A stretch of 53,744 nucleotides of DNA, taken from Promethearchaeota archaeon Loki_b31. GTDB taxonomy: Archaea > Asgardarchaeota > Lokiarchaeia > Sigyniarchaeales > SOKP01. Positions 28,033-39,470 of the stretch are shown one piece after another. Made by a program: the position numbers and the translations under genes. Location: assembly GCA_005222975.1 (NCBI GenBank), contig NJBI01000019.1, positions 1 through 53,744 of the forward strand, written 5' to 3'. The notes under the pieces are model-generated. The model saw nothing but the letters and a program-made list of their open reading frames with translations, searched no databases and was not told where the DNA came from. The number at the start of each line of letters is the position of its first letter. The stretch's first letter is position 1.

Positions 28033-29292
28033 TTAATCGGTAATTCCATTTTCTGTTATTGAGAATACAGCTTCTCCTTCGGGTAGATGAGGCGCATCAA
28101 TCATTTTCGCTACTCTCTGCTCGCCTTTACCTTTTCTTAAATATACTCTAATTGTTGATCCATGAGCAACTATATTCCCTCCTGCCGCTACTGTTGGGTT
28201 CCCATAAAAAACATCAGGTTTTGATTGAACTTGATTTGTTACAATGATACATAACTCGGGGAAAATATCTGTTAAACGTAATAAATCGTGTAAGTGGGTA
28301 TTAATAGTTTGTTGTCTGGTTGCTAACGTACCTCTACCTACATATTCACTTCGAAAATGTCCAATTAAAGAATCAACTATTATTAGTTTGATGTTTTTCT
28401 CTTTGATAAGATTAGTAGCTTCTTTTACTAGGAGAATTTGATGATCAGAATTGTAAGCACGACCAAATATTATGTTTTTCAAAATCTTTTTGTGATCTAA
28501 ATCAAGTCCTTCAGACATCTGTATTATTCTTTCAGGTCTAAATGTTCCTTCAGTGTCTATATACAATGCATTTCCATTGAGACCCCCATCTTCCTCGGGT
28601 AATTGAACATTAACGCATAATTGATGGGCTATTTGGGTTTTACCGGTCCTGAATTCTCCAAAAAACTCAACAACGCATCCAGTTTCAATTCCACCTCCAA
28701 AAAGATCGTCGAGTTCTTGACTACCTGTCGTAATTCGCGTAATATTTTTTCTGTACTCCCACACATCTTCAGCAGACTTGAAGCCGATTTTTAACTGGGA
28801 CATACTAGCTTTAATTAATTTAGCGGTTGTTTTATCTCCAAGCCCAGATTCATTTTGAATTATCCTTGGGGGCGTATAAGCGATGGACTCAAGGCTACTA
28901 AATCCAGCTTTAATTAGTTTTTTAAGCGTAGCTTCACCTACCCCAGGAAGCTTTTTAACAGCTTCTACAGAAACATTTGCGTCATTGATTATAACTTCAT
29001 TACTATCTGAATCTGAATCTAATTCTAATTCTTCTTCCATCTCATTTAATTCGATAATATAATCTTCCTCTTCCTCTAAATTTTCAAATATCTCTTCTAC
29101 TTCAGATTCAAGTTCTTTTTCATTGCTTTCAGATTCTTCTTCGATTTCTTTTTTATCTATTTCGAACCAGGCAAATTTTAAATGGTCCTTGTAAATTTTG
29201 CCTTTAGTATGGTTTCTTTTACATTCTTTACAGAAATAAGGCTCTCCATTCCCAGATTGGCCTCCATTATTCATTTCGCTTGCTTTAGCCAT
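28033..29292 (-). CDS. radA: DNA repair and recombination protein RadA with N-terminal Zn-finger-like and acidic extension
   Basis: HhH LPGVG, FKSA polymerisation motif, [25 protein letters not shown]. Confidence 0.95.
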   Translation of the reverse strand: MAKASEMNNGGQSGNGEPYFCKECKRNHTKGKIYKDHLKFAWFEIDKKEIEEESESNEKELESEVEEIFENLEEEEDYIIELNEMEEELELDSDSDSNEVIINDANVSVEAVKKLPGVGEATLKKLIKAGFSSLESIAYTPPRIIQNESGLGDKTTAKLIKASMSQLKIGFKSAEDVWEYRKNITRITTGSQELDDLFGGGIETGCVVEFFGEFRTGKTQIAHQLCVNVQLPEEDGGLNGNALYIDTEGTFRPERIIQMSEGLDLDHKKILKNIIFGRAYNSDHQILLVKEATNLIKEKNIKLIIVDSLIGHFRSEYVGRGTLATRQQTINTHLHDLLRLTDIFPELCIIVTNQVQSKPDVFYGNPTVAAGGNIVAHGSTIRVYLRKGKGEQRVAKMIDAPHLPEGEAVFSITENGITD

Positions 29293-29431
29293 TACAAATC
29301 ACAATTTATTAAAATTTAGTGTAATTTTTATAGTTCTTAATGATTATTTTATAAATATTACAAAAGCTATTTTAAAGAAAATAGACCTCGAATTTTTCAA
29401 TTTTTAGACATATCAATCCTTTAATAATTGA

Positions 29432-29791
29432 CTAATACAGGCTTTTAATTTGTTCCGAGATTTTTCTCATTTCAACGAAGCAAGTGTCCATTCGAGCGTC
29501 AATATCTAAGCATACTGCTAAAATCAAATCGCTCCCAGCCTCCATAACTACAAAATTGCCTATATCACCTTGCAAAATACAGAGATCAAGCTTTCCGGAT
29601 TTTAATTCTATTAATACACGCTCCGCAACGGATAGAATTGTTGCTGTCATCGCAGCTATCTTTAAATCAGAAATCTGTTCTTCTAAAATCGAGTGAACAA
29701 TTAAACCTTCTATTGATACGATCGCCGCAGATCTTATACCATCGATACACTCGTATAAATCTTCTAATAAAAAGAGATATTCATCTGACAT
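29432..29791 (-). CDS. Roadblock/LC7-domain protein
   Basis: GIRSAAIVSIEGL...IAAMTATILSVAER. Confidence 0.9.
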   Translation of the reverse strand: MSDEYLFLLEDLYECIDGIRSAAIVSIEGLIVHSILEEQISDLKIAAMTATILSVAERVLIELKSGKLDLCILQGDIGNFVVMEAGSDLILAVCLDIDARMDTCFVEMRKISEQIKSLY

Positions 29792-29928
29792 AGAAATTAT
29801 AACGCGGTAATATGAATTTAAAACATTAATGATATAAAATATTCCTTTTCTAATAATGTTTTTTTAAATAGGATATATCACAAGTCATATTTAGAAAAAA
29901 ATATATTACCTTAATAGGTGAATTAAAA

Positions 29929-31176
29929 ATGAGTTTAGGTTTAAATTTCGAATATTATCCAAAAATTAACGCCAATTTAATGGAAAAATTAATTTCAATC
30001 TCTAAATCCAATAAACACAACTGGGATCCTCCATTCTTTACTGACACTGAATCGTATATAGACATGGGAGCAATTCACCAAGCGTCTAAAGAATTTCTGA
30101 GTGAGAAAATAAAGAACATTATAGTTTTAGGAACGGGGGGCTCAATTCAAACTTTACTTGCATTAAGACATTTATCTAAAAAGAATCTATATTCTATTAC
30201 AAGTTCTAGGGCTGTAGAATTAAAACAGTGCCTTGATACAGCAGATCCTGAAAATTCGGTTGTAATTCCGATCTCTAGAGGAGGCGAAACTTTAGATGTA
30301 AACTCTACTATAGGAATTTTCTTAAAAAATAATTACAAATTTCTAGGGCTCTCTTCAAAGGGTACGATGCGTCAAATATTAGAAAAAATAGGGTGCCCCA
30401 TTCTGGAAGTTCCTGATATCTCTGGTCGTTTTGCGGGATCCATCTCTAATGTTGGAATTGTCCCAGCTTTTCTGTTAGGAGTTAACATCGAAGCTTTTTT
30501 AAAAGGGTTAAACGATGCTTATAAAGAATTTATGAGTTTTGATGAGAACCCCGCATTCCGTTTTTCAGCATTTCTTTATAATTTGTACAAAAAAGGTTAC
30601 AAGACTGTATTTTCTATGCCATATTCTCTGAATCTTGAAGGAAGTGTAGGATTATTCGTGCAAGAAACATCAGAAAGCACTGGGAAGAACGAAAAAGGCC
30701 TAATTGGCGCTTATCAATCTGCTCCACTGTGCCAGCATTCAGTTTTAGAATATCTATTAGGTGGAACTAAGGGCGCTGTAGTCCCGGTATTGTGGACCAT
30801 AAAAAAAGAATTCCCAGATTTTAACTTAGATTCCTCAATAGAATATGTAAACGGTCAAACTGCCCAAACCATAGTAAATTATCAAGCAGACGCTACTTTT
30901 CAAGCCCTAATAGAACAAGGAGTTCCGTCAGCTAAAGTCTCAATTGAACGCTCTGACGAATATAATATAGGCAATCTAATCGCTTTTATTCAATCGACAG
31001 TCTATTATTTATGTTTATTATTAGATGTAAACTGGTCAAACAATCCGAAAGTAGTTATAGGAAAAAAAATTGGGAACGAAGCCTTAAAAAATAGAAGTCC
31101 CCCTGAAGAAAGAGAAAAAATCAGAAAAGAACTGGCCGAACATAAATTTCATCGAGATTTTTTTGGAATTAATTAA
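29929..31176 (+). CDS. Glucose-6-phosphate isomerase-like SIS-domain protein
   Basis: GTGGS, SRGGET, GRF, ESTGK, QHS and terminal V..GK motifs. Confidence 0.75.
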   Translation: MSLGLNFEYYPKINANLMEKLISISKSNKHNWDPPFFTDTESYIDMGAIHQASKEFLSEKIKNIIVLGTGGSIQTLLALRHLSKKNLYSITSSRAVELKQCLDTADPENSVVIPISRGGETLDVNSTIGIFLKNNYKFLGLSSKGTMRQILEKIGCPILEVPDISGRFAGSISNVGIVPAFLLGVNIEAFLKGLNDAYKEFMSFDENPAFRFSAFLYNLYKKGYKTVFSMPYSLNLEGSVGLFVQETSESTGKNEKGLIGAYQSAPLCQHSVLEYLLGGTKGAVVPVLWTIKKEFPDFNLDSSIEYVNGQTAQTIVNYQADATFQALIEQGVPSAKVSIERSDEYNIGNLIAFIQSTVYYLCLLLDVNWSNNPKVVIGKKIGNEALKNRSPPEEREKIRKELAEHKFHRDFFGIN

Positions 31177-31190
31177 TTTCTTATTTTTTT

Positions 31191-32624
31191 CTACTTTTGA
31201 TTAATAAACTCATTATACAATACATTAATAGCTTTATCGCAATTTTTTCTATCAATTATTGCGGTAAAATTCAATTCAGAAGACCCTTGTGCAATTGCTT
31301 TAATATTTATATTGCCATCTCCTAGCGAAGTAAAGACTCTTCCAGCTATACCGGGTGTGTGAAGAATTCCTGCACCAATGACGGCAACTAATGAAATATC
31401 GTTATCAATTTTAATCTTAAACCACTTTTTACCAAAGAAATCTGAATTTCTTAATAAAAAACTAACTTTCATTGAATCTTCAAATTCTATACCAAAAGTT
31501 ATATTGTTTTCTGAGGAACTCTGTGATATAAACACAATATTAACATTATTATCTCCTAAAAGAGAAAAAATTTTAGAAGCAGTCCCCGTTAATGGAACCA
31601 TCGTATCGCTTTCGACGGTCACCATTGAGAGTTTATATATTGAAGTAATGGCTTTAATTACTTTGTCGTCTCTAACGATTTCTTTCGTTATCGCTGTAAA
31701 TTCGTCAGAATCAGGGTCGTTGAAAAACTTAATTTCAGAGGGAATATTTCCTTTTTCGTTAACATCAAGGCATAATGGATGTAGGACTTTTGAACCAAAA
31801 AACGCAAGTTCTTTTGCCTCTTTGTAAGAAATTTTCTTTAAGAGGGCCGTTTTTTCAGCGATTCTTGGGTCTGCGTTTAAAAAACCCTTAACATTCTTCC
31901 AGTAAATTACTTTTAAGTTAAAGTTAATCCTAAGACAGTATGCTAGGATTGCCGCTGTTAAATCGCTTCCTCCTCTTCCGAATGTAGTAATTTTTTTATC
32001 TTTCGTAGAGCCATAAAACCCAGTTACACAGATAATTTCAATTAATTCAGATTGGAGCAAGGGGATTATTCTATCAGTCACTTTTATCTCAGTCTCTTCT
32101 AATAACGGAAGGGCTCTCCCAAAGTTATCGTCTGTAAGGAGAATCTCATCAGAAGGGATATATTCTACTTTAAAGTTTTTTGATTTTAAATATTGGCTTA
32201 AAATGAATGTGCTAAGTTTTTCTCCATAGGAAATAATTATATCCTGAATTTCCATACTTGGCCGGATTAATTTAATTACGCTGCCTATCTGTTTTAATTC
32301 GCTAATTTCTTTTTTTAAAAATTCAAAGGTCTTTTTAAATTCGCTTTCTTCGTTGATAAGAATTTGATTAATCACATTTTTATGGATATTAAAAATATCG
32401 TCAATAATGTAATCGCATTTAGGTTCTTCTTTACAAGATTTCTTATAAAAATCTATTAACTTATCAGTTATTCCATTTAACGCAGATGCTACAATTATTA
32501 CATTAGAGGCTTCTCTATATTTTTTAACAATATATTGTATTTGATTAAACGATTTTTCATCTTTTAAACAAGAACCTCCAAATTTCATTACAACTAGATT
32601 TTCCATTCTAACTAGAAAACACAA
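31191..32624 (-). CDS. lysC: Aspartate kinase with ACT domains (likely start ATG 32606)
   Basis: VMKFGGS, GRGGSD, two ACT repeats (SQSSSE, AQGSSE). Confidence 0.92.
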   Translation of the reverse strand: MCFLVRMENLVVMKFGGSCLKDEKSFNQIQYIVKKYREASNVIIVASALNGITDKLIDFYKKSCKEEPKCDYIIDDIFNIHKNVINQILINEESEFKKTFEFLKKEISELKQIGSVIKLIRPSMEIQDIIISYGEKLSTFILSQYLKSKNFKVEYIPSDEILLTDDNFGRALPLLEETEIKVTDRIIPLLQSELIEIICVTGFYGSTKDKKITTFGRGGSDLTAAILAYCLRINFNLKVIYWKNVKGFLNADPRIAEKTALLKKISYKEAKELAFFGSKVLHPLCLDVNEKGNIPSEIKFFNDPDSDEFTAITKEIVRDDKVIKAITSIYKLSMVTVESDTMVPLTGTASKIFSLLGDNNVNIVFISQSSSENNITFGIEFEDSMKVSFLLRNSDFFGKKWFKIKIDNDISLVAVIGAGILHTPGIAGRVFTSLGDGNINIKAIAQGSSELNFTAIIDRKNCDKAINVLYNEFINQK

Positions 32625-32701
32625 TTTTTGAGTTAAATTGAGATATTAATGAATAGAAAAAATCGAAAACTTATAAATAAGTTGGTATTCCACAATAATT
32701 T

Positions 32702-33100
32702 TTACTTCTGAGAAATCATGGGAATTATCGCATTATTTGGACAATTAACGAAACATTTTAAACAATTCTGACATAAATCCATATTTTTCTTATTAAAAGT
32801 AATCTGTTTTTTATCCGAATCTGGGTCAATAATCAGAATATATAAGTTTTGGAAACAAAAACCTTCCTCTAAGCACTTTTTACAAACCATACATCTCTCG
32901 CTATCTATTTCAAAATCTATTAATTGCCCGTCTTCCATCGATATTACTTCAATTGCGTTGTGTTCGCACACATCAACGCATTTAAGACACCCTTTACATT
33001 TATTATAATCCACATACCTTAGTATCTTTAAAAAAAATAGCTTTTGGATGGCAAGAATACATACATTTTTGACATCGGACGCAAAATTGTGGGTTAACAC
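32702..33100 (-). CDS. 4Fe-4S polyferredoxin (start uncertain)
   Basis: Three CxxCxxC...C clusters. Confidence 0.8.
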   Translation of the reverse strand: MLTHNFASDVKNVCILAIQKLFFLKILRYVDYNKCKGCLKCVDVCEHNAIEVISMEDGQLIDFEIDSERCMVCKKCLEEGFCFQNLYILIIDPDSDKKQITFNKKNMDLCQNCLKCFVNCPNNAIIPMISQK

Positions 33101-33249
33101 TTATAGGAAATAATTTTTCCATTTAATTTTACTTTTTCTTAATTTTAACTTTAGCTGTACTTCTTAAAAAAAATAGAAAAACAAGTTAATCAACCTAAAA
33201 AGATTTAAAAAAATATTTCAAAAAATATTTCAAAAAATTCGAATTCTAT

Positions 33250-33549
33250 TTATTTCGGAGGGGATAAAACGATCTCCATAGAGCTTACATTATTTTGACG
33301 ACCTTCCTCGCCTGTAAGTACCTCCGTGGTAATACTAATATCCTTATATTCAACTCCCTTCAAGAAACGATTTTTTAAAATCTCGCAGATATCAACGGCA
33401 TGAGAAATCGCCTTGCCGCGAGCTTTTACCGTACATTCTACTCCTTTATTCAAGACCATCATCACAGCCATTACATAATTCATCGTAGGACGACGCCCAA
33501 CAAAGACCGCGTTTTCTTGACCTTCCCTTCTTTTTCCTTTGTCTGACAT
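33250..33549 (-). CDS. albA: Chromatin/RNA-binding protein Alba
   Basis: VFVGRRPTMNYV, KARGKAIS, NVSSMEI. Confidence 0.95.
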   Translation of the reverse strand: MSDKGKRREGQENAVFVGRRPTMNYVMAVMMVLNKGVECTVKARGKAISHAVDICEILKNRFLKGVEYKDISITTEVLTGEEGRQNNVSSMEIVLSPPK

Positions 33550-33694
33550 TTTTTATTTTCTCCAAATTGTTATTTATTTATTCTCTATGTGTGTTAATTA
33601 TTCCTATGTATTATGCTTTAAATTTATTCAGAATTTATTTAAAAAAATGCAGGTTGCAAATAGAGTTGCAAAATAAAGTTGAAAAAGTTGCGAT

Positions 33695-35635
33695 TTAAAG
33701 TTTACTTAACAATAAAGGTTTAACTATTAAAACTGATTCATTTAACAAATCTTTCTTAACTTCATTTTCCATATTATAACCATCTAGATACACAATTTTT
33801 TTAATCCCAGCATTAATAACTAATTTTAAGCAAGTCATACAAGGAAAAATCGTAGTATAAAGAGTTGTATCGCCCTTAATTGAAGTACCATGTAAAGCAG
33901 CTTGTATTATACAATTATGAACCAAAATACCATTAGCTATGAACGAGTTATAATCAGGGACATAAAAATCAATCATTTTTTGACTTTTTCTTACATTAAC
34001 CAGTTCCTTGATTTTAACAAAAGATATATTAGATTCTGTCAGTTTAACTAAATCGTATAATACTTTTTTATCAACATTATTTAGTTTAAGTTCATTAACT
34101 ATTTTATTTGCCGTTATTTGGTTTATTACTTCAGATCTTCTATCTCTTAATGTAGACCATTTTGTTGTGGAAATTCTTGAAGAAAAATAGTATTTTGGAT
34201 AGCATCTTTTTTTACTTAGTCCAACTTTTTTGATTTTTTCTAATTTTTCTTTTTTTATAGGATGTGAAAAGCCAATGTATTTTTTATACTTAAGTAAGTC
34301 TTCTCCTGAAGTGGAGAGAACATAACTATAGGACCCTGCACCATCTGAAATCTTGACAGTTCTTTTAAGTTGATATAAACTACTCAATATTCCGAATCTT
34401 AACAATAGTAACCGTACGATTTCTAAAATTCTTATAAACCCACTAGTTAACGCAACTAGCTTTCTCGGGCTAAATCGAACCATACCTTCAGCATCAAAAA
34501 GTCCTCTAAGTAAAAATGAAAGAGAGTCATTATCTACTTTATGAAATAATTTAGGGATTTTTTTCTCACTGATTCCTATCCCTAGTTTTTCAAAAAAGAG
34601 TGATAGTCTTTTAGAAGATACATTTAGAATGTATTGATTTTCATCTTTATTTTTTCTTATATTTCCAGTAATACCAAATACTTTTTTTATTAGTTCATTG
34701 TAATGTTCTAACATTAATCTATTTTTATCAAAAAAACTGATGAAATTATTACCTAATGTTCCATCTCCTATGAAATACCCTACTATTTGACATAAATCAC
34801 AACTGGTAATAGATGGAATAAATACTTTTTTCCTTTCAACGCCCATTTTATAATTATTTAGTTCAAGACCTAATTTATGTGCTATCTTTGTAAAATTTGT
34901 ATCTTTTATCCCTTCTCCACTTAGCAATCGGCGGATAACTGTTCGAGAAAATCCTAAATTTTGAGCTAGACAATTTTGTGATAAACCCATATCCTGCAAT
35001 TTTGAACAAAATATCTTAATACCTTGGTTATTGAGTTTGAAAGAATCATATTCAATATTAGGTAGCTCTTGTGGTATGCCTTTTATAGGTATATAAGTTA
35101 CAATAGGGAGATAATCATTTAAACTTAGATTACTAGCTTTTATTTCTTTCAACCCTTCTTCATCATCCATTTTAAACATTAAATGATCTTCTGATACTAG
35201 CAATTCATAATTTCCTGCGGTTTTGATTTTTATCAATTTATCTTTAATTGACAAAAATTTCTCAGCATCAGAGGGTATTACTTTTAGATGTTCATTTACC
35301 GCAAAGATTTTTTTTCCAATATCTTTAGCTTCCATTATTTCACCCGAATTTGAAATAATTAGTGAATTATCTGAAACACAATTGATTTCGGCATGAACTC
35401 CTCGGCATAGTTCGGGTCTTTCGCCGCTTTTTAAATTCTTTCGGACGCACGTTTCTGTAGTACAATGTTTAAATCCAGACGGAGCGCCATTATATCCCGT
35501 CGACATTATATGAGAATCCTTTACTAACACCGCGCCAACTTTACGCTTTATGCACGTACTTCTTTCTGAGACAACCTTTGCTATTTTCATGAAATATTCG
35601 TCTTTAGAAATTCTTTTTTTATTTTTTTGGTTCAT
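33695..35635 (-). CDS. dCMP deaminase family protein containing an intein (157 aa after splicing)
   Basis: STC..R.VGA, GYNG, HAE and PCxxC motifs, split by the intein. Confidence 0.92.
   Translation of the reverse strand: MNQKNKKRISKDEYFMKIAKVVSERSTCIKRKVGAVLVKDSHIMSTGYNGAPSGFKHCTTETCVRKNLKSGERPELCRGVHAEINCVSDNSLIISNSGEIMEAKDIGKKIFAVNEHLKVIPSDAEKFLSIKDKLIKIKTAGNYELLVSEDHLMFKMDDEEGLKEIKASNLSLNDYLPIVTYIPIKGIPQELPNIEYDSFKLNNQGIKIFCSKLQDMGLSQNCLAQNLGFSRTVIRRLLSGEGIKDTNFTKIAHKLGLELNNYKMGVERKKVFIPSITSCDLCQIVGYFIGDGTLGNNFISFFDKNRLMLEHYNELIKKVFGITGNIRKNKDENQYILNVSSKRLSLFFEKLGIGISEKKIPKLFHKVDNDSLSFLLRGLFDAEGMVRFSPRKLVALTSGFIRILEIVRLLLLRFGILSSLYQLKRTVKISDGAGSYSYVLSTSGEDLLKYKKYIGFSHPIKKEKLEKIKKVGLSKKRCYPKYYFSSRISTTKWSTLRDRRSEVINQITANKIVNELKLNNVDKKVLYDLVKLTESNISFVKIKELVNVRKSQKMIDFYVPDYNSFIANGILVHNCIIQAALHGTSIKGDTTLYTTIFPCMTCLKLVINAGIKKIVYLDGYNMENEVKKDLLNESVLIVKPLLLSKL
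33914..35380 (-). mobile_element. 489-aa intein with HTH and LAGLIDADG homing endonuclease
   Basis: N-terminal C(VSDNSLI), block B 'VSEDH', 'IVGYFIGDG' and 'LRGLFDAEG', C-terminal 'DFYV...[10 protein letters not shown]' followed by Cys+1. Confidence 0.93.
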
Positions 35636-35782
35636 TTTCTTGTTTTGATTTTTTACTTTATATTGTATAAAAAGTTAAATAATCGCTTGGATTTTTAGTG
35701 TTATTATTGATGTTTTAATATTTAATTAAGAATAAAACCGACTATTATTATTAAGTAAATCTTTCAAATGTGGTGAATATGA

Positions 35783-37015
35783 ATGGTTAAACAATTTAAA
35801 GTCCCGTGGGCCGCTTGGAGGGACCCACATTATTTAAAGTTAGAGTTCCCCGATTCTTGGGATGTTTCCGTCTGTAAAATGAAAGATGCTGACGCTCCAG
35901 AATTATCAAGTGAAGATATAAGAAAATGGATATTAAATCCAATAGGAACCCCTAGTTTATCTGTTATTGCCCAGGGGAAAAAAAACGTAGTAATCGTTGT
36001 AGACGATATGACAAGAACGACGCCATCATCGAAAATTCTTCCGTTTGTTTTTGAAGAACTAGAAAAAGCTGATATCTCAGAAGAACAAATCACAATTTTA
36101 TTTGCTCTTGGTGCTCATAGACCAATGAATAAAAACGATTGCTTATTAAAACTAGGCAAAGAAATTGTAAGTAGGTTTAAAATCGAAAATCATCATCCTT
36201 ACGAGAACCTTGTACATCTAGGAGATTCTAAGATAGGGACGCCAATTGATGTAAATAAAACGTATTATAACGCAGATTTAAAGATTGCGGTAGGAGGTGT
36301 TATTCCCCACCCTTTAGCCGGCTTTGGGGGCGGTGCCAAAATAGTATTGCCAGGAGTATGTGGTATTCGCACACTCGAGGCAAACCATTCTGCAAGAATG
36401 CGAGGAATTGGAGCGGGAATCGGAAGAATGACTGAAATAAGGGAAGACATTGAGGATATAGTTGATAATGTTGGCTTAGATTTTTCTGTTAATGTAGTGA
36501 TGAATGAAATTGGCAACATAACTGAGATCTATTCAGGCCATTATCGAGACGCACATAGAAAAGCTATGGAGGCCGCAAAGGAGTCTTATACGACAGAAAT
36601 AACCCTAGAAAATCAAATTTGTTTCTTAAATTCTTACCCAGAAGATTCTGAATTGAACCAATCAATAAAAGCTTTTAATATTTTAATGACGGCTTCAAAT
36701 AGATTTCTTGATAGAAAAGGCACGATTGTTGTAATGTCATCTTCGTACGAAGGCAAAGGTTTTCATAGTTTAATTGCTGAAACTGGTGCTAAATTATATA
36801 ACAATTTTGGGAATGGAATTATATGGAAAGCGTTTGTAAAGAGAAGAAATGTATATTTCTTTTCTCCAAATATTAGTAAACCAGATTTATATCATTTCTA
36901 TCCAAAATCTGTCCAATTGTTTAATGAATGGAATGAGTTAATTAATGAATTATCAAATATGCACGGAAATTCTCCTAAAGTAGCGATAATTCCTACAAGT
37001 ATGCAGTTAACATAA
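35783..37015 (+). CDS. LarA-family nickel-pincer racemase/epimerase
   Basis: DDMTRTTP, ALGAHR, PHPLAGFGGGAK. Confidence 0.88.
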   Translation: MVKQFKVPWAAWRDPHYLKLEFPDSWDVSVCKMKDADAPELSSEDIRKWILNPIGTPSLSVIAQGKKNVVIVVDDMTRTTPSSKILPFVFEELEKADISEEQITILFALGAHRPMNKNDCLLKLGKEIVSRFKIENHHPYENLVHLGDSKIGTPIDVNKTYYNADLKIAVGGVIPHPLAGFGGGAKIVLPGVCGIRTLEANHSARMRGIGAGIGRMTEIREDIEDIVDNVGLDFSVNVVMNEIGNITEIYSGHYRDAHRKAMEAAKESYTTEITLENQICFLNSYPEDSELNQSIKAFNILMTASNRFLDRKGTIVVMSSSYEGKGFHSLIAETGAKLYNNFGNGIIWKAFVKRRNVYFFSPNISKPDLYHFYPKSVQLFNEWNELINELSNMHGNSPKVAIIPTSMQLT

Positions 37016-37162
37016 TCTAAAACTTTCATATTTCTTTTTAAAACTTAATTAGAACCATTATTTTTTTCATTTAAAACATTAAACAGAAAATAAAAGATAG
37101 TTTTATTTTTTCTTTTAGTATACTTTAATTTAAGTCAATTTTGAAAATTGTTATTGTTTCAT

Positions 37163-38419
37163 ATGAAAAAAGTTGAATTACTTGCTCCAGCAAAAAATTT
37201 AAAAGCGATTAAAGCAGCGTCAAATTTCGCAGACTCAGTTTATTTTGGAATTGAGAAGTTTAATATGAGAATGCGTTCGGAAAATATTGCTCTGGAAAAT
37301 CTTACTAAAATCATGGATTTTTGCCGCAAAGCTGGATTAAAAGCGTATTTAGCTACAAATATATTAATATACGACAACGAATTGAATTACTTACACGAAG
37401 TCATAGAAAAAGGAAAAGAGGCAGGTATTCACGCTGTTATAGTTCACGACATTGCTGCAATTGAAGTAGCTAAAGAAGTTGGGGTGCCTTTTCATATTTC
37501 TACGCAATGTAACGTGTCTAATTCTTTATCTGCTAGATTTTATGAAAAGCTAGGAGCAGAGAGATTAATTTTAGCTCGGGAATTATCTTTAGAAAAAATT
37601 AAAGAAATAAAGAGGAATTTATCTAAAGCAGAAATTGAAATTTTTGTTCACGGAGCAATGTGCACTTCCATAAGTGGCAGATGCTATTTTTCTCAAGATA
37701 TTTGTGGAACCGAAGAGAAATCAGCAAACCGAGGTAATTGCATACAGCCATGTAGAAGACGCTGGTGGGTAAAGGAAGAGTCTGGTGCAGAATACATCTA
37801 CGATGGTGTTAGGTTCATGAATTCAAGAGATCTTTGTACAATTGCCCATGTACCTAAATTCATTGAAGCTAAGGTTGACGCTTTTAAAATCGAAGGTAGG
37901 ATGCGTCACCCTCACTATGTCGAGGTGGTTACAAAAATTTACCGAGAAGCTATTGAGGCTTATTATAACGGTTCTTTTTCAAAAAAAAAAGTAGGTCGAT
38001 GGGTTACTGACTTAAAGAAAGTTTATAATCGAGGATTTACTCCAGGATTTTACTTTAAGAGAATGACTGAAGAAGACCATCAACATAAATCCCCTTCAAA
38101 TTTATCACATTTCAGATATATCAAAGTTGGTCAAGTTGAGGATTATACGAAAGATTATGCTAAAATTTCGTTGGATAACGGATATTTAACTAAAAATGAC
38201 GATTTAATTATTATGGGCAATAATACAGACACATACATTCATCAAAAAGCAGAAGTTATTAAATTCAAAGAAAAACATATTAATAAAACTCCAAGAGGAA
38301 CAAAAGAAAAGCCTATATTCGTAAAATTACGAATTAATGGAAAAGCAATTGGTAATGGCGAAGATAAAATCTACATCTTTACTGATAAAACCTATGGAAG
38401 AGATTATGCTTTACCATAA
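37163..38419 (+). CDS. Peptidase U32 family (TrhP/RlhA-like RNA hydroxylation protein)
   Basis: ELLAPA, HISTQ, E..VHGAMC...SGRC, NRG.C.QPCR, KIEGR. Confidence 0.9.
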   Translation: MKKVELLAPAKNLKAIKAASNFADSVYFGIEKFNMRMRSENIALENLTKIMDFCRKAGLKAYLATNILIYDNELNYLHEVIEKGKEAGIHAVIVHDIAAIEVAKEVGVPFHISTQCNVSNSLSARFYEKLGAERLILARELSLEKIKEIKRNLSKAEIEIFVHGAMCTSISGRCYFSQDICGTEEKSANRGNCIQPCRRRWWVKEESGAEYIYDGVRFMNSRDLCTIAHVPKFIEAKVDAFKIEGRMRHPHYVEVVTKIYREAIEAYYNGSFSKKKVGRWVTDLKKVYNRGFTPGFYFKRMTEEDHQHKSPSNLSHFRYIKVGQVEDYTKDYAKISLDNGYLTKNDDLIIMGNNTDTYIHQKAEVIKFKEKHINKTPRGTKEKPIFVKLRINGKAIGNGEDKIYIFTDKTYGRDYALP

Positions 38420-38538
38420 ATAAATATGACCGAATCTAAAGCTAATTTAATTCAATCTATAAAAATTTAAAATTACATTTAAGTAAATAAATTTATATTA
38501 TTAAAAATTAGAATTAATGTTGTTTTAAGGAGATAATT

Positions 38539-39456
38539 ATGGCAAATAAAAATAAAAAAATTGTTGAGTCCGTACCTAATTATAGTGAAGGTACAGATGG
38601 AGATAAAGTCGAACGAATTGTAGCAGAAATTAAAAACACTCCCGAAACTAACATCGTAGACATTCAATACGACTCTGATTACGACCGAGCCGTAATTACT
38701 TTTGTTGGTACTCCAGAAGCTGTGCTGAAAGCAAATATTGCTGCGGCTAAAAAGGCGATAGAACTAATTGACATGAATAAACACAAAGGTCAACACCCTC
38801 GAATAGGAGCAATAGATGTAGTTCCGTTTATACCAGCTCAAAATATTACAATTGAAGAATGCATAGAATTATCAAAACAATTTGCTGAAGAAATGGCAAA
38901 AGAAGGCGTTCCAGTATATTTATACGAAGATTCGGCAAGCAATCTTGAAAGGAAAAATATTGATAACATAAGAGTCGGAGAATACGAAGGATTAAAAGAA
39001 ACCATTAAAACAGACCCTGAAAGGAAACCGGATTATGGCCCTTCAGAATTCCATCCAACGGCAGGTGCAATAATAACGGGAGCAAGATATCCCTTAATTA
39101 GTTTTAATATCAACCTTGGGACCAAAGATGTTAAAATTGCGAAAAAAGTAGCAAAAGCTATTCATTTACGCTCGGGAGGACTTGTAAACGTTAAAGCAAT
39201 GGGGACCGATTTAAAAACGAGAGATTGCGTTCAAGTAGGGATTAGTAATATTAATTATAAAAAAACCCCTCTATATCGTCAGAAAGAACTCGTACGAATT
39301 GAAGCCGCTCGATATGGTGTACCCATTGTTGGTACAGAATTAATTGGCGTGTTGCCCTTAGGTGCTGTGCTTAATTCTTTAGATTATTATTTACAAATTG
39401 AAAATCCTAAAAAACTTGAGCCAAAACATCTGTTAGAGAATTATTTTGATTTCTAA
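38539..39456 (+). CDS. ftcD: Glutamate formimidoyltransferase
   Basis: ESVPNYSEG, HKGQHPRIGAIDVVPF; next to the hut genes. Confidence 0.92.
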   Translation: MANKNKKIVESVPNYSEGTDGDKVERIVAEIKNTPETNIVDIQYDSDYDRAVITFVGTPEAVLKANIAAAKKAIELIDMNKHKGQHPRIGAIDVVPFIPAQNITIEECIELSKQFAEEMAKEGVPVYLYEDSASNLERKNIDNIRVGEYEGLKETIKTDPERKPDYGPSEFHPTAGAIITGARYPLISFNINLGTKDVKIAKKVAKAIHLRSGGLVNVKAMGTDLKTRDCVQVGISNINYKKTPLYRQKELVRIEAARYGVPIVGTELIGVLPLGAVLNSLDYYLQIENPKKLEPKHLLENYFDF

Positions 39457-39470
39457 ATTTTAAGAGCAAA

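Noticed and set aside
33206-33238. 12-bp tandem AAAAATATTTCA downstream of alba
   Set aside because: Low-complexity, T-rich on the coding strand; consistent with an ordinary terminator region
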